Positions 46,890 to 59,971 of a stretch of 64,000 nucleotides of DNA are shown in pieces. The notes below the pieces were generated by a model that was not told the DNA's origin, ran no database searches, and was given only the letters and a program-made list of their open reading frames with translations. Position 1 is the stretch's first letter. Each line of letters starts with the position of its first letter. The position numbers and the translations under genes were made by a program. This DNA is from Ostrea edulis (lineage: Eukaryota): positions 79,236,001-79,300,000 of the forward strand of contig NC_079165.1 of the NCBI RefSeq assembly GCF_947568905.1, read 5' to 3'.

Positions 46890-49464
46890 GAAACTCTTGA
46901 CCACTACAGTCTTCATCTATCCTCCCATCTCCATCGTTATCTGTAAACCAGAAATCGTAGTGGTTTCAAATACAATGTACAATTATACCATGAATTTGTT
47001 TATTTAGCGGGTGTAAAATCCATGAGAACATTGGTGTGATACTTGTTGTTGCGGAATGCTGACAGCATTGCCCAGGCAAACACAAAATGTAAATGCTCGC
47101 CAAATATGCAAAATTGTTTGTAGATGATAAGTTTTTCAATACTAACTTGGCATAACCTGAGAGATATTTCATACCATCATTAAAGCTAAAAAGATATATT
47201 TTTCGGTTTTTACCTTTTCCGTCGCAGTCTTCCTCGTCAGTACTTCCATCACAATCATTGTCCACCTCATCTCCTTTCCTCATTTGCGGGGCATCACAAG
47301 TTGGGGTCGGGCTTGTAGTAGCAGGAAGATGCTAAAACAAATGTCACTGCCGTCAAATACCATCACAGTTGTCGTAAAATAACCACACTGTCGTAAATAC
47401 AATTACAAATGTCGTGAAACAAAATCACACGTGCCGTCAAACACAAACACTTGTTCTTTAGGTAAAACCATACTACCCGCCAATACAAATCACTATGACT
47501 GTAGAGTACATATGTTGAATGATTGAACCGGTTTAGGTATGATTTTGATTACGACGTACATAGAATGGATAATCTTACCGTTTACCCTAATAATAACTAC
47601 GATGCGCATGTGGTGGATAATTTTACCGGTTGTTGGTAAGGGTAGGAAGATAATGCATGCTAATAAGGTTCGATTTTGAGCAAACATTGACACACATTCT
47701 CGTGATAGGAATTAACGCTCCAGATAAAGTTCAATAAATGATATGCATTGTCATGAGAAGATAAAAAAAAAAAAAACGATTTGTGATTAATCTCACAATT
47801 CGTTGTTAAGAATTCAAAATTGAATTAGGCCAAACACGGACTCCTGGAAACACCAGATGTGGGACCTAGTGCCCAAGAGAAGCAATCATCCCCTGTCGAC
47901 TGGTCACACCCGCCGTGAGCACTATCTCTTGATAAGGCGAACGGATTAATCCGCTGTCAAAACCAGTGTAAAAAGAACTGGCACAAAACACGCAGACAGC
48001 ATTATACAAAACAAAGCATACAAAACACCTACATTTACAGGATTAATTGGCTTGACAAGAAAGCCAATCGGAAATCCATACGATTCCACATGAGCTCTAC
48101 CGAATAGGATCCCTCCAATGGTGATATTGGGGTTGGTGTGGGTGACAGTGTGGGTTCCGACGGTAATATTGACGTACCCCCCTACCATATGGGTTCCCGG
48201 GATATGCACGTACTTCTGATTGTGGGGCAGTGGGTGTCCGTCAAGAAGTAGACCTCCTTTTTGATGGCTTTTTATGACAAACATGAACTGATTTAAGTAC
48301 TGTCCATTTGAGTACTCCGGCGTGGTAAATGTGTAGTCATTGCCGTACTGCTCAATGGGAGGAACAGTGATCATTGAGGGGTCGATGTTTTCCTTGCTGA
48401 AGGCTTGGGTCTTGGAGAACTGATACACGGCAATTGGTTCGTTGGCCTTGACATGAGAATACAGGGAGGAACTGTATGATTTTTGTACGTAGTCTCCAGC
48501 GTGGGGAATGGTGAAGTTATCATGGAAGATCGTACCATTCAGTCTACCTGTGACGTTTATCTGTGTGTTGTCTTTGCTGGCCACAAATCGGAACTCATCA
48601 CCCACTGTTCTCTCTGGAATTGGTACTGTTGCGAAATTTTTCCCCCATGCTTGTACCGGCATCAACATCTCCGTCAGATGATCACGTGATCCGCCAGTAT
48701 GACCCACTATTGTTTTTTTATTTCCACTTATGACTCCCACAGGATGACTTGAAATCACATGACTTCCTGTTAGATCACCCACTGAACTGATTTGAAATGT
48801 TTGGAATTTGTCCATTGTGACGTTTATCCAGTCATTTTTGTTATAAACGTGGTTATTGTACGTGACCTTTACCCAGTCGTGATTTGGGAGCTGAATTGAC
48901 ACTTGGGTACCGTTCGCTATGGAGATAACGGCGAACACACAATAATAATAGGCTGGGGTGTGGGAGATTGTGTAATACTCTGTACCCAGGACGTCTGTAG
49001 GCAGGGCCAGGTAGACATCGTCAGAAGCCGTCTCTCTGTTTACACCGTAAACGGTGATCTCAGCATCTGCAGTTATTCTGATGGCTTTATGGACCAACTC
49101 TGTGTGGTTCAACCGGAAGTGGGGATCAACTGCCACTTTATGGACAACTCCACGGGTCACCACGAAGGACTGTCGTATGCTGGGGTTTTTGGAGCCCGGT
49201 GAAGTGACGTGCACGTGCACAGGGGCATGGCTGGCGGTGGTGACAAATAGTTCTGGACTAATGTCATTCCTATGAGCGAGATTATCTAAAAATGCCACAA
49301 CAAACTTTGTTCCCCTGTTATCCAGCGCACCTGCAAGTTAAAGTGGGAAAATTTCAGGATAAAAGCAACATCGTGTCAATATAAGGTGAGACTAAGAAGC
49401 GTGTGTATTTCTTACAGTACGCCAGAGACAAGAGAGATAGACCAAACCACAGAGAGCCCTTCAT
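46890..49464 (-). CDS. Paralogue D: divergent secreted IgGFc-binding-domain protein (exons 49464-49416; 49330-48039; 47331-47214; 46940-46890; last exon unresolved), >503 aa
   Basis: Signal exon MKGSLWFGLSLLSLAY(C); 85-bp intron 1; exon 3 HLPATTSPTPTCDAPQMRKGDEVDNDCDGSTDEEDCDGK; exon 4 DNDGDGRIDEDCSGQEF with a GTGAGT donor; TATAAA at 49513-49508. Confidence 0.8.
47760..47950 (-). mobile_element. Degenerate Penelope-like 3' UTR fragment in intron 2 of D
   Basis: CAAACACGGACTCCTGGAAACACCAGATGTGGG...CCCCTGTCGACTGGTCACACCCGCCGTGAGC. Confidence 0.65.
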
Positions 49465-50334
49465 TGTATGGAAAACTGCGATAAGAACACGTGAACACGT
49501 ACAAGGATTTATACTACTTTAGAGATCAGTTAGGTTCACAACGCTCGCCAGGATTTTATCGTGATTTCATCAAAGATTACGATGGAATAAGCATAATGAA
49601 ATGTCCACCGTTTTTATTTTCAGAATCAAAACTTTTACACAGTTTACATGAACATAGTTTTCATTAAGAAAAAAAAATCAAACAAGATATAAACAGTAGA
49701 TATATTGTTATATTGCTCCTTCGATCTGTTCTAAATTACATGTATATTATATTATATACATGTAGGAGCGGATCCAGAAACATGTTCAAAGGGGGAATTG
49801 CGACTCAATATTGCAGTACCCCCACCCCCAATTGCGGAGGGTAGGGTTTGAAGACTCCAAAACGGTAAAAAATAAAATGGCTTGTTTTGTTATACATTGT
49901 TCAACCAAAGTAAGGGTTGGTGTTGCAACTCCATACCCCCTATAGATCCGCCACTATTATGAAGGCATGGATTGGTCAATTGTATTTGATGATAGGTATA
50001 CGCTATGGTCATTATGCTATACATCTATCTACACTTATTTTATCATGAACTTAATACATGTATCTAATATTTCTAGTGTAACTTTTGAATTTAGCCGGAG
50101 CATTTTCATTCAACAAAATATTCAATGCAGACTATCTGTTTACTTGATATACGATTCCAAAAGCCTATGGCTTCGGGCAACAGATCCGTTTGCGGGTCAA
50201 ATAAAACAGCTGTATTCCTCGGACCCATTCAGTACATGGATGCTAGTTCATGTATAGTAATGCACGATAATATTTTCTGGATTAATTTCTTTTTAGATTA
50301 CTATCACAATAAAAGTAAGAAATGCTGAAATCAA

Positions 50335-50525
50335 ACGGATCCCAACAGACAGATCGCTGGACGGACTGACACAGAGGCTGTCTATCAAACGGATGCTGAC
50401 ACACAGACTGTCCATCAAACGGATGGCAACAACAGACAGATGGACGGACTGACACACACACTGTCTATCAAACGGATGACAACTGCCACCTGGACGGACT
50501 GACACACAAACTGTCTATCAAAGTC
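50335..50525. repeat. Short degenerate repeat (GGACGGACTGACACA...CTGTCTATCAAACGGATG)
   Basis: 3-4 imperfect copies read directly. Confidence 0.6.
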
Positions 50526-50569
50526 CGGTACATTTACGTAGGTTTGAGAATTCTGTGGATGGTATGTAC

Positions 50570-53500
50570 TATAACGGTAGCCTTATCAAGTGAATCAATC
50601 CCTCTGTCTACCTTGACATCTATTTATAGCGAGTTCAATCGACACACTTACAACACCAGTGAAAGCGATTTGAAACTTTTACAAATTTTTAATTCTACAT
50701 AATTAGTCACAAATATATAAACATACAATGATACAGAAGTACACAACACAGATCTAAAGTTCTACTCAACTTGTTTATAATGATCAGCGTCTCTGTGAAT
50801 CAGTTCAGGAATCCTCGCACACACGTTAAACATACAGACTGCAGATCAGATGCGCGATCCTAGCTAGATGATCGGGCCAGGCACTTCCACGGACCAGCGG
50901 ATTACGAAGTGTTTCCATTTTAGCGAGACTACTGCCATCTTCTTCTCCAGACACAACACTACTTCTGCAGACGATCACGCGCTCTACCCGCCACGCCATC
51001 CGATCACACACAAAGCTTTCCAAGTGACGTCACAGATACACCAGATTATCGTAACACCTCATCCCTTAAAGAAACGTTTGCGTGTATATGAAAACTTTTA
51101 CACAATAACAAATGCACATAGCATTAATTCCCATAACATTCAACAAAATCACATCAAAAATCATAACATATCACTCTACAGGTACTCTCGACAATGCATC
51201 TGCAATGATATTTTCTCTACCTTTGATATGCCTAATGACAATGTTATGTTCTTGCAACTCTAAACTCCACCTCATTAATCTCTGATTCTTGTTTCTCATT
51301 TTGTGTACAAAGGTAAGAGGATTATGGTCAGTAAATAAAACAACTGGAAGTACAGATGAATATAAATAGACGTCAAAATGTTGCAGTGCCAATAAAATAG
51401 ACAAACACTCTTTTTCTATGGTAGAGTAGTTTCTTTGACATTTTGAGAACTTTTTAGAAAAATAAGCAACAGGATGGCAAACAAAATTTTCATCTTCCTG
51501 TAATAACATAACACCACATCCTACATCACTAGCATCAATTTGCATCACAAATTCTTTATCAAAATTGGGAGATGAAAGAACTGGAGAGACCATGAGAATG
51601 GCTTTTATTTGTTCAAAGGCCTGTTGGCATATTTCATTCCATTTAAACTGACTATTCTTTTTTAAAAGACATGTCAATGGATTTGCAATGATTAAGAAGT
51701 TTGGACAGAACTTCCTATAGTATCCAGCCATTCTCAGGAACCTCATGAGTTCTCTCTTACATTGTGGTTCAGGGAAATGTGTAATCGCATCAACCTTAGC
51801 AAGGACAGGCTTCACATGGTCATTACCAACAATATGGCCCAAATACTCGACAACTGCATGACAAATTTCACTTTTAACGAAACTAATAGTCAAGTTTGCA
51901 TCTGATAATTTCACAAACAAGGCCCTAATATGTGACAAATGTTCTTCAGAAGTATTGCTATGCACTATCACATCATCAATATAAGCCTCACAATGATCTA
52001 AGTTACCAAACAAATGATTGATCATCCTTTGAAAGGTTGCAGGTGCATTCTTCATCACAAATGGCATCACCTTATATATTAGTAAAAACCATCTGAAGTG
52101 GCAGAAGCAGAAATTTCTTTCGTTCTCTCTGTTAGGGGAACCTGCCAATGCTCTTTGAGAAGGTCAAACTTACTCACATACTTTGCACATCCTATCTTAT
52201 CGATGCAGTCTTCAATCCTTGGAATGGAATACGAGTCTGTTTTAGTAAGTGTATTGACCCTACGAAAGTCTGTAAAAATCCGACATAAACCATCTGGTTT
52301 TGGAACAAGACAAGGAGAGCTCCAAGGGCTATTACTATGCTCAATGATATCATGTTCCATCATATATGCCAGTTCTGCACGACAGTGTTCTTGTTTCAAG
52401 GGGTTCATTCTGTAGGGATGTTGTTTTATGGGAGATACATCTCCAACATCTACATCATGGTATACAAGAGTCGTTTTAGTAGGAACATCTGTGAATAAAT
52501 ATGAAAATTCCTGTATAAGAGACATGAGCTCTTCTTTCTCTTTATCGTCCAAATGACCAAGTTTACACTCTATGTCAGACAAAACGTCTGAGTTTTTCAA
52601 TCTCGGAGTAGACATATGTTGGTCTTGATTTGGTGTAGTGACCTCCGTTCCAGTAGTGGCGACTGATTCTGCTTTGGGATGATTTGCTTCATTTCTGTCA
52701 TATCGTTTATCATGTTAATGTCGCAGAGCTGTTTACTCTTGCGCAGACCAGGGGTTTTGATAATGTAATTCAATTCATTGACCTTTTGGTCAACTTCAAA
52801 TGGACCAAAGTATTTGGCGCGCAATGGCTGACCTGGAATAGGTAGCAAAACAAGGACCTTGTCTCCTGGATTAAATGTTCTGGTCTTGGTACGTTTGTCA
52901 TACCACGTTTTCATTTTTTCTTGACTAGCCTTAAGGTTTTCTCTTGCTAGTTCCCAGGTTTTGGGATATTCTTGGATATCTTTGAATTTTGCGACATAGT
53001 CTACTATATTGGGCTGACTTTCTTCACCTAACCATTTAACTTTTAGCAACTTCAATGGTCCTCGCACAGTGTGACCATAAACAAGTTCAAAAGGACTAAA
53101 ACCAAGCAATTCCTGCTTTGCATCTCTTACAGCAAATAAAAGAAAGGGGATTCCATGATCCCTTTTTCATTTCACAAACAATAGGGTCGCATCATATTTT
53201 TCAAAATTTTATGAAACCTCTCCAGGGCCCCCTGTGACTCTGGATGATAAGCACTAGATGTATGATGCCTAACCACTAACTCCTGCATGACTTGTTTAAA
53301 GACCTTTGAAGTAAAGTTGGAACCTTGATCAGATTGTACTGATTCGGGTAAACCAAAATTTGTGAAGAACTTAGTCAAGGCATTGACAATTGTTTTTGCT
53401 TTAATATTGGGAAGCGTGTTGATGCACACATAATTGTGAACAGGTACTGATTACCTGTCTTGGTTTTTGGGTAAAGGACCTACACATTCTATAACGACCT

Positions 53501-56018
53501 TGGGAAATGGCTCATCAAAAGCATGGATAGGCTTCAAAGGAGCGTGAGGGATTTCTTGATTAGGTTTCCCTATGACTTGGCACACGTGGCAAGACTTAGA
53601 GTAGTCCACTATATCCCTTCTTATATTTGGCCAGAAGAAGTGAGCCAAAACTTTATGGTAGGTTTTCTTGACACCCAAGTGACCCGACATTGGTGTGTCA
53701 TGGGCGAGACCTATGACTGTTTTACGGTATGCCCTAGGTACTACAATCTGATGGTGAATCTGCCACTCATCTTCTACTAAAGCGTCTGGGGGACGCCATT
53801 TTCTCATGAGAACACCCTGGTTTTTATAATAACAAACAGGGACCTTATCTGTTTCCTCTGGAGACAAAACCTTTTCATTAAGTCCTTGCAATTCAACATC
53901 CGACTCTTGTTCGGATATCAACTTATCTCTAGTAAGAGGAGTGTTGTCTAACATTTCCCGTAAACCAAACACGTCGTTTTCAGACTGAGACTGTTGGTTC
54001 TCAGAAGAATAACTTTCTGCCTTTAACAGATCTGACAAAAATGTCTCATTGAGACCTAAAGAAAAGTCATCTCCTATATCTAACTTCTGACTTACCGTCT
54101 GTTCAGCATACCCAAGTTTCTTAGCCATAGCCCTTATCAATGCACAAGAAGGAAACAATTCTTTAATCTCTTCATCCAAAATAAGACTAACTTTTCACAA
54201 ATAATCGGGTCAGGTACAAACTTACCTCCCGCTAAATCAGTTCCTAACAAAAGAGAAACCCCCTTAACTGGTAAAGTAGGTCTGACCCCTACCACTACAT
54301 GCCCAGAGACTAAATCTGACTTCAAGTGTACCTCATGAAGAGGAACTTTAACAAGTCCTAACTCTACACCCTGAATCAACGCCTCAGAACCAGTATGTGT
54401 CTTCTCAGACAGTGACAGCACGCCCTCTAATAACAAAGATTGAGAAGCACCTGTATCCCTCAATACTCTAATAGGGTGAAAGTCACTACCATTTACAGAC
54501 ACTAAACCTTTAAATACAAAAGGTCTAAATTCCTCTCCAAGAACATCATGCTCTGGCTTTGGCTTAGCATTGTCAAACCTACTACAGGCAAACTTACCTG
54601 TCACAGATGTAAGGGCACTAGGACTAGGCTGGGTGACAGTATTAACAGGCCTTTTCTTCTGTAATGCCCAACATTCTGACTTAATGTGACCCTTCTTTTT
54701 ACAATAATTACATGTTGGAATATGCTTGAATGTTTCAGTATTCTTGAAGTCATTACCTTTCATCTCCGGGTAACCTAAATTAGAACGAATTCCTTGTGTA
54801 CTATCTGGCCCTCCTCGAGAACCATCAGAGTTGATCATTTTCTGTTGATTATTGGGTTTTACAAAAGACACCCTATGAGTAAGTGCATAGTCATCTGCTG
54901 CAGTCGCAGCTTGTTCTAGATTTTCAACTTTCTGTTCATCTAAGTATGTTCTAATTTCAGGATGAAGGCAGTTTTTGAATTCATCAACCAAAATAATTTG
55001 TTTCAACCTTTCAAAGTCTGAACCAACATTTCTAGAAGTGCACCATCTATCAAACGTATTTTGCTTTTCCCTTGCAAATTCAACATGAGTTTGTTCATTT
55101 GGTTTTTTGAAATTCCTAAATTTCTGTCTATAGGCTTCAGGTACAAGTTCATACGCCTTAAAGACATTTTTCTTAATCACATCATAATTTGTACTTTGAT
55201 AAAGTGACAATGCTCCATAGACTTCTCTAGCTTTGCCGACAAATGCACTCTGTAATAAAAGTTGCCAGAATTCTGTTGGCCATTTTAAATTCTCTGCAAT
55301 TTCCTCAAAATGTATGAAATACTTATCCACATCCTTCTCCTGAAAATTAGGAACACGTTCTTTGTCACATCAAAGTCAGATTTTGATCTAGCCCTAATTT
55401 CAGCCTCTACATCATATTTCAACTTTTGAGTGTCAAATTCCAATTGTTTAAGTTGTAACTCATGTTCTCGATCATGTGCATTTTTCTCTCTTTCAAATTC
55501 ACGTCTTTCTCTCTCCTGTTCAATTTCTAATTTCTTTAATTCTAATTCATACTCAAAATTTCTTTTTTTTCTATTTCAACATGTTGAAAATCTACAACCA
55601 GTGACATTGCTCTTTCATCCAAAATTTCCTGTTCAACCAAATATTGTACAACAGCATTTCTGATTTCTATTTTCCGTGCACTACGATTCACATTTAACAC
55701 TCAAACAGTTAATCTTTTTTCAAAGTTTCAAGTACCCGCGCTTGCGGCGTTTCCAGAAAAGTATCCAAGTTAAAAACCATCTTAACTGGTGTGTTCAGAA
55801 TTAAATCAACTTCCCAAGTATATTTTTCTTGTGATCAAAATATACGAGATATCGCTTTTGAAAATTACCCATCAAGTGCTAAAAGTTAGATTATCCCGGA
55901 CGAGCCCCCAATTTGTAACGTGCGCCAAATACACAAATCTATTTATAGCCAGTTCAATTGACACACTTACAACAACACCAGTGAAAACGATTTGAAACTT
56001 TTACAAATTTTAATTCTT
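50570..56018 (-). mobile_element. Decayed Gmr1-like Ty3/Gypsy LTR retrotransposon (gag-PR-INT-RT-RH)
   Basis: PBS TGGGGGCTCGTCCGGGAT (55910-55893) is complementary to the tRNA-Pro 3' end. Gag knuckle CNYCKKKGHIKSEC; protease LRDTGAS; integrase H2C2 and core (53.1-54.2 kb); RT YIDD; RNase H DASDVG. PPT AAGGGATGAGG (51067-51057) precedes TGTTACG. LTR homology 50618-50697 vs 55943-56018. Confidence 0.9.
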
Positions 56019-56597
56019 TGAACATCGGGAGGCCTCGGGTGCCAGGATAGGAGTGCAGTTAGGGCAGGAGTTGTCTTTCTTTGGATTCATGCTAAGCGTT
56101 TGGTAAAAGAATGTGTGTTGCTAGAATATCCATTGTAACACTGAAATAGAGGAAAACGTTTTATCTAAGCACAATTATAACGCTCAAAAGATGAAAAATA
56201 AAACAAGAAAAACATTTGTGGTGGCTAGATTAGCATGTTGGAATTGAAATATTGAGTCTATACTAGAATTTGCCCAAATGAAAATTGAGAGCTTTTTAAA
56301 ATACAATATGGACAGTGATACTAGTAAAAGTTGTCCCTCATATTGAGAGGAAAGTCATGGATCGCTACAGCTGACAAAATCTTAGGTAAATTATTGTCAT
56401 TAATAAATGTATCTAGAATGAAACACATCTGGAGAATCCAATAGACTAGGTAAAGTTTATATAATTTCAATGAATTTTTTTTTTAATTCGGGACTGTATC
56501 GTGACACGTAGATATGCGTGTCTTAATTTGTCTAACACCAAGGTATAACAGAATTTTCTCAAGACTTATTTTTTTAAAGTCAGATTTAAATAGTTTT

Positions 56598-58188
56598 ATG
56601 GCGGATGACGGAACTTCTTCCGATAAGGACTGGCAGTCCTTCCGATCTGTAACCGACTGCAACAAATACATGCTGACCAATGAAATTAATTGTGATGTCA
56701 CGTTCTTGGTTGGGAGAAATCGACAACGCATGTCCGCCCACAAGTATGTACTGGCGAGTCGCAGCTGTGTGTTCTTTGCCATGTTCTATGGGCCTGTAGC
56801 TGAAACGGAAAATGAAATCGAAATTCCTGACATAGAACCAGATAGTTTTTCTTCTTTACTACGGTAAGTCAAAACTGACGTTATATCTAGCTGCAGTTTG
56901 TAGTAATGAAATCTAACATCATTCAAAATAGTTTCCTCGCAATTCTCGTCAACCGAAAGGAAACTTTTTCTTACAAAAGTTATAATACATGCATTTTCGG
57001 CATACTTAGTAATGGATTTTCAATGACAGTAAACATTATCAACCCGAGCCTTGATTTTACTTATCCTTTTGTAGTTTTCTATATCATGAGGACCTCGCTA
57101 TTCAAACAAGCAGCGCTCCAAATTTACTGTATACAGCAAACAAATACGGTATCATGAAAATTGTGAAAAAATGCAAGAAGTGTCTGGAAGAGAGCATGTC
57201 CGTAGCCAACATATGTACAATCATGGAAAGTGCTCACACATTTAACGACTCCGAACTTCTACGGAAGTGTCGAGAGTTCTTCTACAACGAACCCGTAAAA
57301 TGCATCCAATCAGAATCATTCTTGGACTTGTGTTCGGAGTGTGTAGATCACGTCATATCCTCTGATGAGCTTGCGGTAGAAGAACGCTTGATATTTGAGC
57401 GAGTTCTTGAATGGGCTGATGCTGAATGCGTTCGGAAAGACTTGGAGGTAAATGATTCGAACAGACGCCATGTTATGGGTAAAGTCCTCAATCACATCAG
57501 GTTCCCTATCATGGATTCACAATACTTTGCAGAAAAGGTCGCCTGTCGAGAAATATTGTCCAAATCTGAACGTCTTGCAATATTTACAATCATTTGCAGC
57601 GGTCATAGATCTTTAAGCGAATCGAATTTCAAATCAATTAAGAGAAAGGGGAGATATGTTAGATCTGCCTCTACCAAGCCAAATCCCCGGATGTTACAAA
57701 GCACCAGACACAGAGTCACCTTGCGATTTGTGCGTGAAGGACACGTCAGTCTAAAAAACGAAAATCTGTGGTATGTCGGACAGAAAGCGGACAAAATAGA
57801 TTTCTTTTCCTCCAAAACAATCTATGTCCATGGAATAGTGATGTACGGCTGTGGAATAGAGGGAACGGAGTACAGTGCGAGTGCGTCCATACTAAGAACA
57901 GGTTTACCGTTCCTGTCCAACGAACTCTCGCATGTGAGTATCATAATCCCCGTCACGATCCCGTATAAAACGTTCAACGTCTACTTCCCAGAGCCCGTCC
58001 ACATCGTGCCTAATGTGAAGTACACGATTGCAGTGACGCTGCAGGGTCCACGGAGCTACTGGGGAGAGGGTGGGGAAGAATCGGTCACCTGTGACGGTGT
58101 CCAGATCAACTTTCACAAATCCTCAGGGGAAACAAATGGAACGGATGTTGATCATGGTCAAATCCCCGGCTTCATCTTCAGTAAATGA
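56598..58188 (+). CDS. BTB-BACK-PHR protein (BTBD1/2/3/6-like), 2 exons (56598-56863; 57075-58188), 459 aa
   Basis: BTB CDVTFLVG...AHKYVLASRSCVFFAMFYG; phase-2 GTAAGT...TTTTGTAG intron joins LLR/FLYHE in frame; BACK domain; PHR end NGTDVDHGQIPGFIF. Confidence 0.9.
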
Positions 58189-58302
58189 TTCTTGATCCAA
58201 GAATGACGTTTTCTACGAGAGCAATTTTCCCCATCTATGAGCACCTTTCAAACATAGACATATATGCAAGGCATACGACGTACACTGCGTGCATTATAGT
58301 AT

Positions 58303-58565
58303 GGCTGGTTGGTTGTATATTGTTTAACGTCCAGATCAAAAAATAATTCATTCATATGGAGACGTCACCATTCCCGATGAAGGGCTACAAAATTTAGACC
58401 TGTGCTCGGCGCTTGCGGTCTTTTAGCAGGGGGATCTCTATCGTGCCACACCTGCTGTGACACGGGCCTAGGTTCTTCGGGTCTCATCCGAAGGGCCATC
58501 GCATGTAGTCGTCTCTTACGACAAGCAAGGGGTTATGAGGACCTTATTTTAACCCGGATCCCCTC
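58303..58565 (-). mobile_element. SINE copy
   Basis: Family motifs and (GGTT)n tail. Confidence 0.7.
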
Positions 58566-59971
58566 GGTATTTTATACGATGGTATATTATACTATAGTCT
58601 ATTATATGACAGCTTTACTCTATGTCAACTTTGCTTTATTTCACAACTTTCTCTGTGAAATTTTCCTGATCATATCGATATGTACAGAATTCCTCTTGTT
58701 ATAATCCAATAACCAAACGTGCATTGTTAATTACGATAAATTTTATCATTCTATAAAATAAGAATCGGCATTATGTGCACGCTGAGCCTCATTTTGTAAA
58801 ATCAAATCTGTTAGACAGGGCACCCAGTTTGCAATCGGAGATTTATGATTTTATCAATATCTATTATTTAGCATATTGATACTCATTCCTGTCGTAAACT
58901 GTAGACGTAATTTGTCAGTTCTTGAAAGTTGTTTGCAGTGTTTAAAGGGACATGTGTGTGACATTGTTATTATAAATCTGAATAAAATTACCGATATTTT
59001 CTTTCATTTATTTTAAGACATTTTAAAATACAAATTATGTTACTCGATTCCGTGTTCCGCCAGCATTCATTGTAATTTTCAAAATTTACAACCATTTCTT
59101 GAAATTTGATCGAGCCATTTGGTACTGAACATTTAAAACAGTCGGGGTCGCTGTATACGTGAAATATTAATTACGGGTGATCAGTAATAGATAAGCCGTA
59201 CTATTTCTTACTTTGACGGTCACTCCGGAAGAGTAATTTTCTGAGCAATCATTAACTATAAAAGTGGAGTACACCGTGGTATGTTAAGGTGGTCCGTTTC
59301 CATTCAACCCGAATCAAAAGGACGACGTTTTACTCAAATCTCTATTGTGATTTGCATGCTTTCTGTTTATGGTTCGGTTTTATACTGTCGATCTGGGCCC
59401 TCTTCACAATCTGTTAAACTGCGAAATTTTGGAATACATGTTTTACCAACATGGACATTCTGATCAGAGCAACAGGTAAGGTGAAAAGAGTCAGTATAAT
59501 TGACTTAATATTATTTACAAGTACGAAATTGTCCAGGCAATTATTGTGATAGAGGAGGGGGGTTAAGAAAAATAGTCGCATGGCATCTATTTCACCCTCC
59601 TCTCGGTATGACAGTGGTGCCTTTCACAAACATGATAAGGAGACTTTCCACACTTCACACATTGAAGAGTTCTAATGCGTAGTGTATATGTATTCATTAT
59701 AAGCTTTATGGTTCGCCGACAGATTTACTTCATGTTTACACATAAAGTGGAACATTTCTTCTTGTCAAACTGAGGCGCAGACTGGAATATGTTTTTTGTA
59801 CTTTTCTGTGCTTAGAATAATCTCTACTTAGATGAGTTTTAATCAGGGTCATTTGTTTCGGTTTCTTTGATTGCTAAAAAGTGTTATTAAATAAGATTTT
59901 CTATTATAGCTCCATTCATTGTCGATAAGAATGGTAGCAATGGCCTTGGTATGGTATTGGAGGTTTACAAT

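Noticed and set aside
47946-48038. Hydrophobic C-terminus VNVGVLYALFCIMLSACFVPV... as a membrane anchor of paralogue D
   Set aside because: Read-through past the GTAAAT donor at the position homologous to the A and B donors; runs into a Penelope-like fragment.
59369-59475. Possible first exon MVRFYTVDLGPLHNLL... ending at CAG/GTAAGG
   Set aside because: No recognisable domain or downstream partner exon; insufficient support.
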